Assembly (NCBI RefSeq): GCF_006345805.1
Contig: NC_043015.1
Coordinates: 47,802,001-47,866,000, forward strand
Reading direction: 5' to 3'
DNA: 64,000 bases
From: Octopus sinensis
Lineage: Eukaryota
Shown: positions 11,679-25,454 of the stretch, piece after piece
How the letters are laid out: each line of letters starts with the position of its first letter
How positions within the stretch are numbered: position 1 is the first letter of the stretch
Notes under the pieces: generated by a model
What the model saw: only the letters and a program-made list of their open reading frames with translations
Databases searched by the model: none
What the model was told of the DNA's origin: nothing
Position numbers and translations under genes: made by a program

Positions 11679-13657
11679 GGTATTTCTTCCGGCTCTTTAC
11701 ATTCAGGGTTCAAATTCTGCCGAGGTCGACTTTGTTTTTCATCCTTTTGGGATCAATGAAATAAGTACCAGTTGTGCATTGGGGATGATGCAATCAACCA
11801 ATCCCCTTCCCTAAAATTGCTGGCCTTGTGTCAAAATTAGAAATGATTATTACACGAAATATTAATATAAAGCTACAGCAGTCATTGCTAACAACATCCA
11901 AGAAAAGGGGAGATAATTTCAAGATTATGAATTAATCTCTCCATAATTAAATCATAAACTGATTATTGGTGCCCCTACCCTTTGCCTGTTGTCCACAGGC
12001 AAGTAGGGTGGTGGGGGAGATAACAACAAACATATTTCAGCCTATTGAACAACATCAGCAAAGTCTACAATAATCTCACAAGGAGGAAAAAGTTGCCCAG
12101 CCTCTTAAACTCATGGTTCATTATATATTTACTGCTATTTAATTTATGTGTGCATGACTGAGTGGTTAAGCTGCAGCACTTACAATCACAAGATTGTGGT
12201 TTCGATTCCCAGACTAGGCAGAACACTTCATTTTACATTGCTCTGCGATCACGTTGCACTTTGACATCTGACATGTGGCACAGAGTGAGTCAGTACAGAT
12301 AATGTTGATTTGATGAAGGGGAAAAAAAAGCTATGTACTCAAACAGGTGATCACTTAGAACGAATCATTTGTGCCGGTTGTTGAGTAAGAAGTTGCAGAA
12401 TCGTCTTTCTCATACTCGAAAGACTACCAAGAAGAGGAATTTATGGATAACAGAGTCCAAAGTAAGGAAGCTATTCACTGGGAAAAATAAACCCAGAAAA
12501 TATTGCAGAGTGATCTCCCTTGACTAACTTTCAGTAATTTTTTTTTTTTTTTTTTACAACTTTTACACTTCGTTCTCTGTATTACTCTAACATTCATGTT
12601 TAGTTTGAAATCTCTTTTGTTTTTGTTTATTGTTTTAGTAAATTGCTGATTAGATTAATATAAATATATTAGGGATAATTATTCAGGTGCAAACAGTAGA
12701 ATAAAGCCACAGGACAAACGAAGACAATTATGAACAAAGAAGTTGACTGCAAACAATTCTAATGCTACAGGTTGCTTTTAACATTAATTGATTTCAAATT
12801 CTAGCACGAGGCCGGCAATTCTAGGAGAGCAGGAAAGTTGATTACATCGACCCCAGAGCTCCACAGTTACTTATTTTATTGCCCTGGAAGGATGAAAAGC
12901 AAATTCAGACTTGGCAGAAGTTGAACTCAGAAATTAAACGACGGACGAAATACTGCGAAGCATTCTGCCTGGAGTGCTAATGATTCTGCCAGTTCATTGC
13001 CCTACTTTTAAGATTAATTAGGTGCAAAACTAATTAGTGAAGGGTGAAGCAGAGCAACTGCGTTGACTCCAATTGTCTGTACTATAAATGCTTGTATGGT
13101 TACACATCAACCAAGAGCTTCGTGTTAATTATTAGTGTCAAGGAATGCTTTGTTGTAATTAAAAAATAATGGAAACAATAAATAAGAAATCTGAACTAAA
13201 TACCTTACCATATTGAAATACAACACTTGTATTCTGAGTTTGAATCTTACCAGAATTCACTTTACCATTCATCCATCCAGGATTGGTAAAATAAGTAGTG
13301 CACCAAAGTTTATTTAATCAAGGCGGCGCAGGAGTGGTTGTGTGGTAAGTAGCTTGCTTACCAACCACATGGTTCCGGGTTCAATCCCACTGCGTGGCAT
13401 CTTGGGCGAGTGTCTTCTGCTATAGTAGTGGGCAACAGAGAAATACTCTTAACTTTTTTCAGTCATTTGGCTGTGGCCATGCTGGAGCACCACCTTTAGC
13501 CGAGCAAATCGACCCCAGGACTTATTCTTTGTAAGCCTAGTACTTATTATATCGGTCTCTTTTGCCGAACCGCTAAGTTACGGGGATGTAAACACACCAG
13601 CATCGGTTGTCAAGCGATGTTGGGGGAATAAACACAGACACACAAACACATACATAA

Positions 13658-13688
<31 letters not shown>

Positions 13689-16023
13689 CATACGACGGGC
13701 TTCTTTCAGTTTCCATCTACCAAATCCACTCACAAGGCTTTGGTCGGCCCGAGGCTATAGCAGAAGACACTTGCCCAAGGTGCCACGCAGTGGGACTGAA
13801 CCCGGAACCATGTGGCTAGTAAGCAAGCTACTTACCACACAGCCACTCCTGCACCTAATTTTTTTATTTTTATTACTATTTTATTGACTATTACTGTCTG
13901 CAAAGTGTTTTAAGCATTACACATGAAGTATATATGTTTTACATATGTATGATAATTAATTCATACATTAAACACTTTGCATTTTGTAATGCACATAATC
14001 TCCTGGTCCATGGAAAAAAAACTAATTTACATGAACCAATCTGTGGTACAGAATGGATAGAGATTGCTGTGTTACAGTATTTTGTTTGTCTTTCTGTATT
14101 CAAGAGTTCAAATTTTACTGGGATCGACTTTACTTTTCGACAACCCTGGGCCAAGAAAATATGTAACAAAGTGAATCAAATTAACTAGAAAATCTTTTAT
14201 TTTATATTTGTGGCTTTGTAAATACAAAGAACTCGTTATTTCTTTACAAGGATTTTAATTATCTACCAAACGAAGACGGCAAGCTGGCAGAATCGTTAGC
14301 ACAATGGGAAAAAAATGCTTAGCAGCATCTCATATACCTTTATGTTCTGAGTTCAAATTCCACCATGGCCAACTTTGCCTGTTATCCTTTTGGGGGTCAA
14401 TGAAATAAGTACCAGTGGATGACTGGGGTTGATATAACCAACTAGTCCCGTCAATGAAAATTTCAGGCCTTGTGCCAGGAGTAGAAAGGATTATCTAACA
14501 AACTAATCTTATCTTTGATTGATTGATTGATTGATTGATTGAGAGAGCGAGAGAGAGAGAGAGAAGAAAAATATCTCTTGGACATGATGCAAAAGGATTG
14601 CATTTAATTTCATTCTGCAACTTAATTACTTACTCGTTAACCCTTTCGACAGTACACACTGCAATACAGAAGGGACCACCCTTTGCACTTTCCTAATCTC
14701 TCACACACTTAAGTCAATCGCACATAATCTAAACGCATATTAAAGTACAGCTTTCATCTATAAGACAATATTGTTGCTGTATAACCAACATATTAGACCT
14801 CAACTGACTAGTAATGATACACTCAGCAGCATAATTCTATTTCTTTACTGCCCACAAGGGGCTAAACACCGAAGGGACAAACAAGAACAGACAAACAGAT
14901 TAAGTCGATTACATCGACCCCAGTGCGTAACTGGTACTTAATTTATCGACCCCGAAAGGATGAAAGGCAAAGTCGACCTCGGCGGAATTTGAACTCAGAA
15001 CGTAACGGCAGACGAAATACGGCTACGCATTTCGCCCGGCGTGCTAACGATTCTGCCAGCTCGCCGCATAATTCAACCACAAAATCACTAACAATTCTCT
15101 TTACTTCTGTTATTGTTACTATAAAGGCTTCTGCTCTTCTGAAATAACCAGCTGAGTTTTCACATAGAGCCTTGTTGTAGCTTTCTGCCCTCAGACCTCA
15201 CATACAAAAATACTTTGCCCCATTCTTCCTTACCAGAACTGCACCTAACTCCACCAGAATTCTCTCCCCATCAACATTTTTCCTGTAACCAAAGCACCAT
15301 CCGATCGTGGCTGTTTGCCAGCCTCGTCTGGCACCTGTGCTAGTGGCATGTAAAAAGCACCCACTACACTCACGGAGTGATTGGCTTTAGGAAGGGCATC
15401 CAGCTGTAGAAACATTGCCAGATCAGACTTGCTTGGTGCAGCCTTCTGGCTTCCCAGACCCCAGTTGAACCGTCCAACCCATGCCAGCATGAAAAGCGGA
15501 CGCTAAACGATGATGATGATGATGATTGACCAGCGACTGCTCATGCATCAACCACATCAGTCTCACCATTTGAGCACTGCTCGCAAAGATCATAAACATT
15601 GCCCCTTTTCTCCTGACTAACTTTTAAGAAATATTTTCCTTAGAGTGACAATAACATCGACAATATCTACCAGAATTGAAGATGATAAATATACATTTAC
15701 TTAAAAGCAAACAACTTAAGTCTATGGACCTAGAAAGTTTGGTGCTAAGTTAATATTTCAGAACTTAACTTTATACTTATTAATATACTTTCACCGATAT
15801 TGTATTGAAATAATAAGAGAGATGAGGGATGTGCTTTCAAAGAATAAATCTTTAAAAAGAAGCAATGAGGTTCTTTGATATTTTGGATGTTCCATGAATA
15901 AAAGAGAAAAAAGGTTTCCTAAATGTTACCATTACATGGTAAGACAATGTTAAAACTTCAAGTCTCAAAGTTTTCATTCAAAAATTCTTTAAGTTTATTT
16001 AAAAGAAATTGAAATATTTTTCA

Positions 16024-16128
<105 letters not shown>

Positions 16129-16793
16129 TTAGATTGAAGACTGATGGGAAGGGTAAACAGACTTTGGGTCTCAAAGAAAATGCTGCCAACTTCAGTAGAA
16201 ATGGTTAAATAAAATGTCAGATTGCTTTCTAAAAAGACAGTAGACAGCATCAAAATATATTGAAATTTATAATAGAGTTAGTAAGATTAAATACTTCAGA
16301 TTTATGATGAGGTTTGGTTTGGCTATGTGGTCGAGAAGTTCACTTCCTAATATAGTGGCTTCAGGTTCAATCTCACTGTGTGGCACCTAGGTCAAGTGTT
16401 TTCTACTAGACTGCAGCCTTCCTGGGGCGTCACCTTGAAGAATTATTGGAATGTATTGACTCCAGTACTTATTTTCTTTTTAAAGTCTAGTACTTATTCT
16501 ATTGTTCTCTTTTGCTGAACCACTAAGTTTTGGGGATGTAAACACACCAACATCAGTTATCAAGAAGTGGGTGGGAGACAAACACACACACAGATATATA
16601 TATATATACATATATTTCGTTTTTGGATTTGGTTTGCAAGATTCTTTATATGAGTTTGTGTGTTGAAGCATATTCTGTTGCAAGATGCAACGAAAATTTT
16701 AGGGAAGTAAAAATAAGAAATAAGTGGAAATTTTACCGGTGAGTGTGTTAAATTATAAGGCACAAAAAAAAAATAACTCTCTCCAGACAACAG

Positions 16794-16825
<32 letters not shown>

Positions 16826-17011
16826 GTGCTTCTTTTAGTTTCCGTCTACCAAATCTATTCATAAGGTTTTAAAGATATAGTAGAAGATACTTGCTCAAGG
16901 TGCCATGCAGTGGGATTGAACTCAGAACCAAGTGGTTGGAAAGCAAGCTTCTTATCACACAAGCCATGCCTAAATGTATATAAGTCATGAAAAAAAAAAA
17001 CTGTTCACTTA

Positions 17012-17221
<210 letters not shown>

Positions 17222-17384
17222 TTAATTAACCCTTTAGTGTTCAAACCATCCACATCCAAATACAATGTGTTTTATGGTCAAACAGGGCCAGATCTGGCAT
17301 CGCATACCTACCCTACAGTATCGTTCTAAAAATATACATTCACATCATCAAAATCGTGAAGCTACAAGTTAATGCAGGATTAAC

Positions 17385-19058
17385 CCTTTCGTTGCTGTAT
17401 ATATTTATACTCAGAGCCAGTGGTGATTTCAGCCAGGTTGGTATTGAAAGGGTTAAGAATTGTTTCTCTATTATATATTTTAACCATTTTGTTACCATAT
17501 TTCTGTTGAGATGATCTGTGTTTCTTTCAATTATTTTAGATATAACAAAGTAAAAAGCACCATCCGTTCATGTCCATTGCCAGCCTCGCCTGGCCCCCGT
17601 GCCGGTGGCACATAAAAAGCACCATCCGTTCGTGGCCGTTTGCCAGCTCTGTCTGGTACCTGTGCGGGTGGCACATAAAAAGCACCCACTACACTCACGG
17701 AGCGGTTGGTGTTAGGAAGGGCATCCAGCCGTAGAAACACTGCCAGATCTGACTAGGCCTGATGAAGCCTTCCGGCTTCACAGACCCCAGTCGAATCGTC
17801 CAACCCATGCTAGCATGGAAAATGGACGCTAAACGATGATGATGAAAGAATTTAGTAAAATAACTTAGCTTACATTCAGCTAGTGTTAGAAACATAAATT
17901 GTGACTAATGTTTGGTGGAAGATTTTAATTCAAAACTTATGAAAATAAGACATTTGTACAACAGAGCCAGAGCCAGTTTCAGCCGGGTTGGTATTGAAAG
18001 GGTTAAGAATTGTTTCTCTATTATATATTTTAACCATTTTGTTACCATATTTCTGTTGAGATGCTCTGTGTTTCTTTCAATTACTTTAAATATAAGAAAG
18101 AATTTAGTAAAATAACTTAGTTACCATTCAGCTAGTGTTAGAAACATAAATTGTGACTAATGTTTGGTGGAAGATTTTAATTCAAAACTTATGAAAATAA
18201 GACATTTGTACAACAGAGCCAGAGCCAGTTTCAGCCGGGTTGGTATTGAAAGGGTTAAGAATTGTTTCTCTATTATATATTTTAACCATTTTGTTACCAT
18301 ATTCTGTTGAGATGATCTGTGTTTCTTTCAATTATTTTAGATATAACAAAGTAAAAAGCACCATCCGTTCGTGTCCGTTGCCAGCCTCGCCTGGCCCCCG
18401 TGCCGGTGGCACATAAAAAGCACCATCCGTTCGTGGCCGTTTGCCAGCTCTGTCTGGTACCTGTGCGGGTGGCACATAAAAAGCACCCACTACACTCACG
18501 GAGCGGTTGGCGTTAGGAAGGGCATCCAGCCGTAGAACACTGCCAGATCTGACTAGGCCTGATGAAGCCTTCCGGCTTCACAGACCCCAGTCGAATCGTC
18601 CAACCCATGCTAGCATGGAAAATGGACGCTAAACGATGATGATGAAAGAATTTAGTAAAATAACTTAGCTTACATTCAGCTAGTGTTAGAAACATAAATT
18701 GTGACTAATGTTTGGTGGAAGATTTTAATTCAAAACTTATGAAAATAAGACATTTGTACTACAGAGCCAGAGCCAGTTTCAGCCGGGTTGGTATTGAAAG
18801 GGTTAAGAATTGTTTCTCTATTATATATTTTAACCATTTTGTTACCATATTTCTGTTGAGATGCTCTGTGTTTCTTTCAATTACTTTAAATATAACATAG
18901 AATTTAGTAAAATAACTTAGTTATCATTCAGCTAGTGACAGAAACCATAAATTGTGATTAAGGTTTGGTGGAAGATTTTAATTCAAAACTTATGAAAACA
19001 AGACATTTGTACTCAGAGCCAGAGCCGGTTTCAGCCGGGTTGGTAAGGAAAGGGTTAA
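17385..19058. repeat. Tandem A-B-A-B array of piggyBac-like MITE units, with (A) and without (B) an RTE-tail insertion
   Basis: Units end in AAAGGGTTAA near 18006, 18257, 18806 and 19058. The period is about 800 bp. Confidence 0.85.
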
Positions 19059-19284
19059 TTAAAAGTCACTGTGAATAATTAAGCATCACAGTTGACAGAA
19101 TACTCTGAATGCTGAAAGGTTAAACAATTTTAATATCTAACAACAATCTACTATTAACCCTTTAGTATTTAAATTGGCCATATCCAACCCAAATATTCTA
19201 CCTGTTTCATGTTTAAACTAGCCAGATCCAGCATCTCACACCTAACCTGCAATGTCATTCTAAAAATACACAAGCATATATATA

Positions 19285-19687
19285 GGCGCAGGAGTGGCTG
19301 TGTGGTAAGTAGCTTGTTTACCAACCACATGGTTCCGGGTTCAGTCCCACTGCGTGGCACCTTGGGCAAGTGTCTTCTACTATAGCCTCAGGCCGACCAA
19401 AGCCTTGTGAGTGGATTTGGTAGACGGAAACTGAAAGAAGCCCGTCGTATATATATATGTATGTGTATGTGCTTGTATGTCTGTGTTTGTCCCCCTAGCA
19501 TTGCTTGACAACCGATGCTGGTGTGTTTACGTCCCCCGTTACTTAGCGGTTCGGCAAAATAGACCGATAGAATAAGTACTGGGCTTACAAAAAAGAATAA
19601 ATCCCGGGGTCGAGTTGCTCGATTAAAGGCGGTGCTCCAGCATGGTTGCAGTCAAATGACTGAAACAAGTAATAGAGTAAAAGAGTA
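19285..19687 (+). mobile_element. SINE family A, full copy
   Basis: Complete head, centre and tail. Further copies at about 10222-10600(-), 13451-13855(-), 23381-23755(-), 24188-24608(+), 31194-31604(-), 34013-34445(+), 34560-34961(-), 36489-36860(+), 38490-38700(-), 39210-39355(-), 54852-55150(+). Confidence 0.85.
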
Positions 19688-20139
19688 TATCATTGAAATC
19701 TCAAAGCTACAAGATAATGTATGATTAATTCCAAGCAATGTAAATAAACAAGCCGTAGGAACATTGCTAGATCAGACTGGGACTGGTGCAGCCTTCTGGC
19801 TTCCCAGACCCCAGTTGAACCGTCCAACCCATGCTAGCATGGAAAGCAGACGCTAAACGATGATGATGATGATGATGATATATTTAACAGAGTAATCTGA
19901 GGGCTAGAAGGCTAAATTAATTCTACAGTAATCTTTTTATTATCACCATCATCATTTAACGTCTTTTCTATGCTGGCATGAGCTGAACGGTTTGACTAGA
20001 GATTGCAAGATGGACATCTGGAACAGAATTATGGTAACAATAGAGTTAACAGACATGACCAATTGGGGGAAAAAAATGATGTTTATGTGTAGTGCTTAAG
20101 AAGCTGAAGTTCCTGAAGTTATATAAAAATCATAAGTCA

Positions 20140-20337
<198 letters not shown>

Positions 20338-22133
20338 TTAACCCTTTTGATACCAACCCACCTGAGACCACCCTTGGTTATATGATACAAACTTCCAGTT
20401 TCAAAATGATTTAAATTAAAACCTTGCTTCTACAAGCACAAGGACTGGAATTTAGGGGAGAGGGCTAACCAATTACACTGACCCCATTATTCAACTGGTA
20501 CTTATTTCATAAACCGTAAAAGGATGAAAGGCAAAGTTGACCCCAGCAGAATTCAAACTCTGGACATAAAGATGGAACAAAATACTTTGCAACATTTTGT
20601 CAGGCATGCTAATTAATCTGTCAGCTTGCTGCCAAATACTAGCTTAATAATCTTTTCTAATATAGGCACAAGGCTGGAAATTTAGGAGGAGGGGTTAAGT
20701 CGATTACATCGACCCCAGTACTCAACTGGTACTTAATTTATCAACTTCAAAAGGATGAAAGGTAAAGTCAACCTCAGCGGAATTTGAACTCAGAACACGA
20801 AGACATAAAATACCACTAAGCATTTTACCTGGTGTGCTAATGATTCTGCCAGCTCTCAGCCTTACTAGTTTAATATTAGCTTAATAATGACAAGGGTATT
20901 TTATTAAATTCTTCGTTATTTTGAAAATTAATTACAACAAAGGCAGAGTATTTCAAAAGAATATGTAAACAAAAAGGATTAAATCACAGCCCACCACCTT
21001 AAAAAATGATAAAGCATAATGTGGTCCTGAATTCCCGGCACATAGGAATAAGCATGGATGGTCATGGATAGAACATTTTTGGTCACCAGTTTATTTAATC
21101 AGGGTTGAGCTGAGTTTAAACAAAATCTTGAGAAAAATATATTTTTGCTCCTATAACAGCTGACTGGTCATTAATTAATAACAAGTCAATCATCGTCATA
21201 GCCATCACTGTCATCATTGTCGTTTAATGTCCACATTTTCATGTTCAGATATGAAGTCCTGTCTGACATGCATCAGGCAGATTTTCTACAGCTGGATGCT
21301 CTTCCTGTTGCCAACCCTCACTTGTTTCTAAGCAAGGTCAATCATTTTTCCATGGCCAGACAGATTTCAGAAGCTTGCAAATGAAGGATGCCACTCGCTT
21401 GTCAGTGACACTCACTTATAATGTCAAAGCAGGGAGATATACACACACACAAACAAAAATATATATATATATACACACATATATATCCCTGCCTTTGGTA
21501 GACAGAAACTGAAACAAGTTCATTGCATATATGCATATAAGCATGTGTGTATGTCTGTGTCTGCGTTTGTGTTTTATATATATATATATATATATATCAT
21601 CATCATCATCATTTAACGTCCGTTTTCCATGCTAGCATGGGTTGGACGGTTCGACCGGGATCTGGTAAACCATGGAGGCTGCACCACGCTCCAGTCTTGA
21701 TTTGGCAGTGTTTCTACAGCTGGATGCCCTTCCTAACGCCAGCCACTCCGTGAGTGTAGTGGGTGTTTTTCACGTGCCACCATCACAGGAGCCAGCGCAG
21801 GCTGGCAAATGGCCACGATCGGTTGGTGCTTTTATGTGTCACCGACGCGGACGCCAGTCAGGCGACGCTAGTAACTGCTACGCTTGACCGGTACTTTTAC
21901 GTATCACCAGAACTGGTGTCTTAACTACAATTACCATTCAAATTTTTGATGTTGACGAACTTGACTCAACAGCTCTCCTTCTGAACAGCGAGTCACTCTA
22001 TGATCCAAGGTTAGCACAGCAGGCTATCCTGCGAGCCATGAACTCACTTAATTTGCCGGGTCGAAAACACAACAATGCAGGACTTGGAACAAGTATAGTG
22101 TTATTAGACGCTCAGGAAAGGGAAGAAAGAAGG

Positions 22134-22174
22134 AGGATTTAATGTTTCGAGCGGAGCTCTTCATCAGAAATACT
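22134..22174 (-). ncRNA. Minimal type I hammerhead-like motif (CpG-decayed stem III)
   Basis: Minus strand: AGTATTT-CTGATGA-A-GAGC(TCC)GCTC-GAAA-C-A-T-T-AAATCCT. Confidence 0.55.
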
Positions 22175-22394
22175 AACTTAATTTCTACAGCTGGATCCAC
22201 GGTCGAACAATGATGATGAAGGAAGGGAAGACGGAGGAAAAAAAACGGCCAACGATACACATGTGGTCACATATTGAATGGAGATATATACATATATATA
22301 TATATATATTTTCGAAACCAATTTGTTATCTAAATCTCACTTTTATAGAACTTTCCATGATGTTTCACGATGTTTGGGAATCTCGGATGTTTTT

Positions 22395-22479
22395 TCGGCT
22401 GATGAGTACGAGTCACCTATATTTACTGCAATTTTTGTAGCCTTATTAAAGATGTCTTCGTACGAAACAATTGTACCGA
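22395..22479 (+). ncRNA. Type I hammerhead ribozyme motif, canonical core
   Basis: TCGG-CTGATGA-GTACGAG...TTCGTAC-GAAA-CAATTG-TA-CCGA. Stem I 4 bp, stem II 7 bp, palindromic stem III, GUA site with predicted cleavage after 22475. Confidence 0.8.
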
Positions 22480-22982
22480 TATATTGATCCATTCTTGTTG
22501 TTTTTTACCTATTTATAATCACCCCACTTTGTCGTATGGTTAACACAATATAGATTTCTGGTGCATCCAAGTTAAGTACCATATTCATGTGAATTCAACA
22601 GAACTCACTTGAATCTTAATTGCTTATACCGAATATATATATATATATATACACACACACATCCACAACACATATATGCATATATACAATGAGCCTTCAG
22701 TTTCTGTCTACTAAATCCATTCACCAAGTCTTGGTAAGTCTGAGCTCAGAAGAATGGGGTTAGGAAGCAAATGTCTTACCAAACAGCCATGCCTGTGCCT
22801 ATAAAAAAAAACATTTATTCAAAATCTCAGTTGAAAAGGAGATTAGTGTTGTGACTTAGCTTCAGGCTTACTGGATTAGGATTACATATCATTAACACCA
22901 CAAATACAACAACAACAATAATTAAACGTTATTATTTGAATGACAAAGTTGTTGATCAGAAAATTGGGAATAATGATACTCA

Positions 22983-23207
<225 letters not shown>

Positions 23208-24024
23208 TTATGGGTAAAAATAGGGACTTTTGCTCGCACTTTTACCAGCATTGGTTCTGTTTTGCATAGGAAAGACACCAATCTTCTTCAGACAATAATT
23301 GTCAACTGTTAAATTCATAATCATCCAGATCCTGAGAAGATTGTATTCCACAGCTGGAAAGTTCTAAAAATCAACTCTTTACTCTTTTACTTGTTTCAGT
23401 CTTTTGACTTTGGCCATACTGGAGTACTGCCTTTAGTCAAGAAAATCGACCCCAGGACTTATTCTTTGTAAGCCTAGTACTTATTCTATCGGTCTCTTTT
23501 GCTGAACCGCTAAGTAACGGGGACATAAACACACCAGCATCGGTTGTCAAGCGATGTTGAGGGGGGGGGGACAAACACAGACACACATATATACGATGAG
23601 CTTCTTTCAGTTTCTGCCTACCAAATCCACTCACAAGGCTTTGGTCGGCCTGAGGTTATAGTAAGAGACACTTGCCCAAGGTGTCATGCAGTGGGACTGA
23701 ACCCGGAACCATGTGGTTGGTAAGCAAGCTACTTAGCACACATCCACTCCTACGCTTACATTCACAGATGCATAACTGACATGGCACAAAGCGGTTTACT
23801 GTTAGGCTGAAGATCAAGGTCATGCCTACACAATATTGCAGTCATGAGCACGCTGTGCCAGATGGTTGTTGTTGCATTGTTTTAAGAAGTTCTGTTCCTT
23901 TTTGGACAGACTTCATATATGTACCAGTTTCCAGGAATGTGTTTAATATGTAAATTAGTATATACAATAACGTTACACCACTATATTTAGTGGCTGTCTA
24001 AGCAATGAGTTCCTGAATGATTGA

Positions 24025-24074
24025 TGGGTTCTGATGAAGGAGCAAAAATTCCTGAAATATGGCATATGTGCCCA
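24025..24074 (+). ncRNA. Degenerate hammerhead-like relic
   Basis: TGGGTT-CTGATGA-AGGA(GCAAAAAT)TCCT-GAAA-TATGGCATA-TG-TGCCCA. Core and stem II are intact, but the cleavage triplet is NUG and stem I is imperfect. Confidence 0.4.
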
Positions 24075-24360
24075 GTACTCAGTTTTCCAACTTCGATTTC
24101 CTTGTTTGTTTATATCCGATGTCCCAAATACGAAATGTTGTAACAAAAATCAGTGCTGCTATAATTTCTATGGAAAATCTAGAGATAGGTGTAGGAGTGG
24201 CTGTGTAGTATGTAGCTTGCTTACGAACCACATGGTTCCGGGTTCAGTCCCACTGCATGGCACCTTGGGCAAGTGTCTTCTACTATAGCCTCGGGCCGAC
24301 CAAAGCCTTGTGAGCGGATTTGGTAGACAGAAACTGAAAAAAGCCCGTCGTGTATATATG

Positions 24361-24408
<48 letters not shown>

Positions 24409-25454
24409 TGTGTATGTGTTTGTCCCCCCAACATCACTTGACAACCGATGGTAGTGTGTTTACGTTCCCGTAACTTAGCGGTTCAGCAAAAGGGACCGAT
24501 AGAATAAGTACTAGGCTTACAAAGAATAAATCCTGGGGGTCGATTTGCTCGACTAAAGGCGGTGCTCTAGCATGGCCACAGTCAAATGACTGAAACAAGT
24601 AAAAGAGTATAACCTTAATACACTTCATTTATTGGCTTGAATGTTTGTCTGAGTATCGAAGTAAGAGAGAGGAAGTCTTTTAAAAGCAAGCAACTAAATG
24701 AAGGTCCATGGCTCAAAATTAATCATCATTCATTTTTTCATTCATTTCTCTTACAAAAAAAATTACATAATTTCATTCCTCTTTTATTGGTTTCCAAAGA
24801 ACTTGTTTGTTGTTCTGTTCTTTTGTTTATTTACTACTAACACATTTATTTTTCTTAAAATTATTTATTATATCCTGTTAAATTTGTTCTCAAGAAAAAC
24901 CTACGTAGACTGATGCAACTGTCAACCGTTAGTTAAGTTAAGTTAATTTTTTGGCTAAAAAAGCAAAAGCAAGGCCATGTAGGAGGACATGGAGTTATGT
25001 ACAGGGAGGGTGTTCATGCAAAGAGTTCAGGCCATTTCTGCTCAAGAGAGTCTTTGAACTGAGCAGTCGTCGGAATCTTCACTATCTCGTCCGGCAGCTT
25101 ATTCCACGGATCCGCAACCCAGACGGAGAAAGTCCCTCAAAAGAAATAATGGTCTGTACAACAGAAATAAAGGTGGTGAGCTGGCAGAATCATTAGCACG
25201 CCAGACAAAATGCTTAGCGGCATTTCATCTACCGTTACGTTCTGAGTTCAAATTCCACCGAGGTCGACTTTGCCTTTCATCCTTTTGGGGTCGATAAATT
25301 AAGTACCAGTTACGCACTGGGGTTGATATAATCGACTTAATCCCTTTGTCTGTCCTTGTTTGTCCCCTCTATGTTCAGCCTCTTGTGGGCAATAAAGAAA
25401 TAAGAAATAACTGTATATTTATCAGAACAAAACTACATATATGACACTACCACA

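Noticed and set aside
13939-14169. Overlapping ORFs in unique-looking intronic DNA as a possible extra GFUS exon
   Set aside because: The GFUS protein is complete without it and it shows no similarity.
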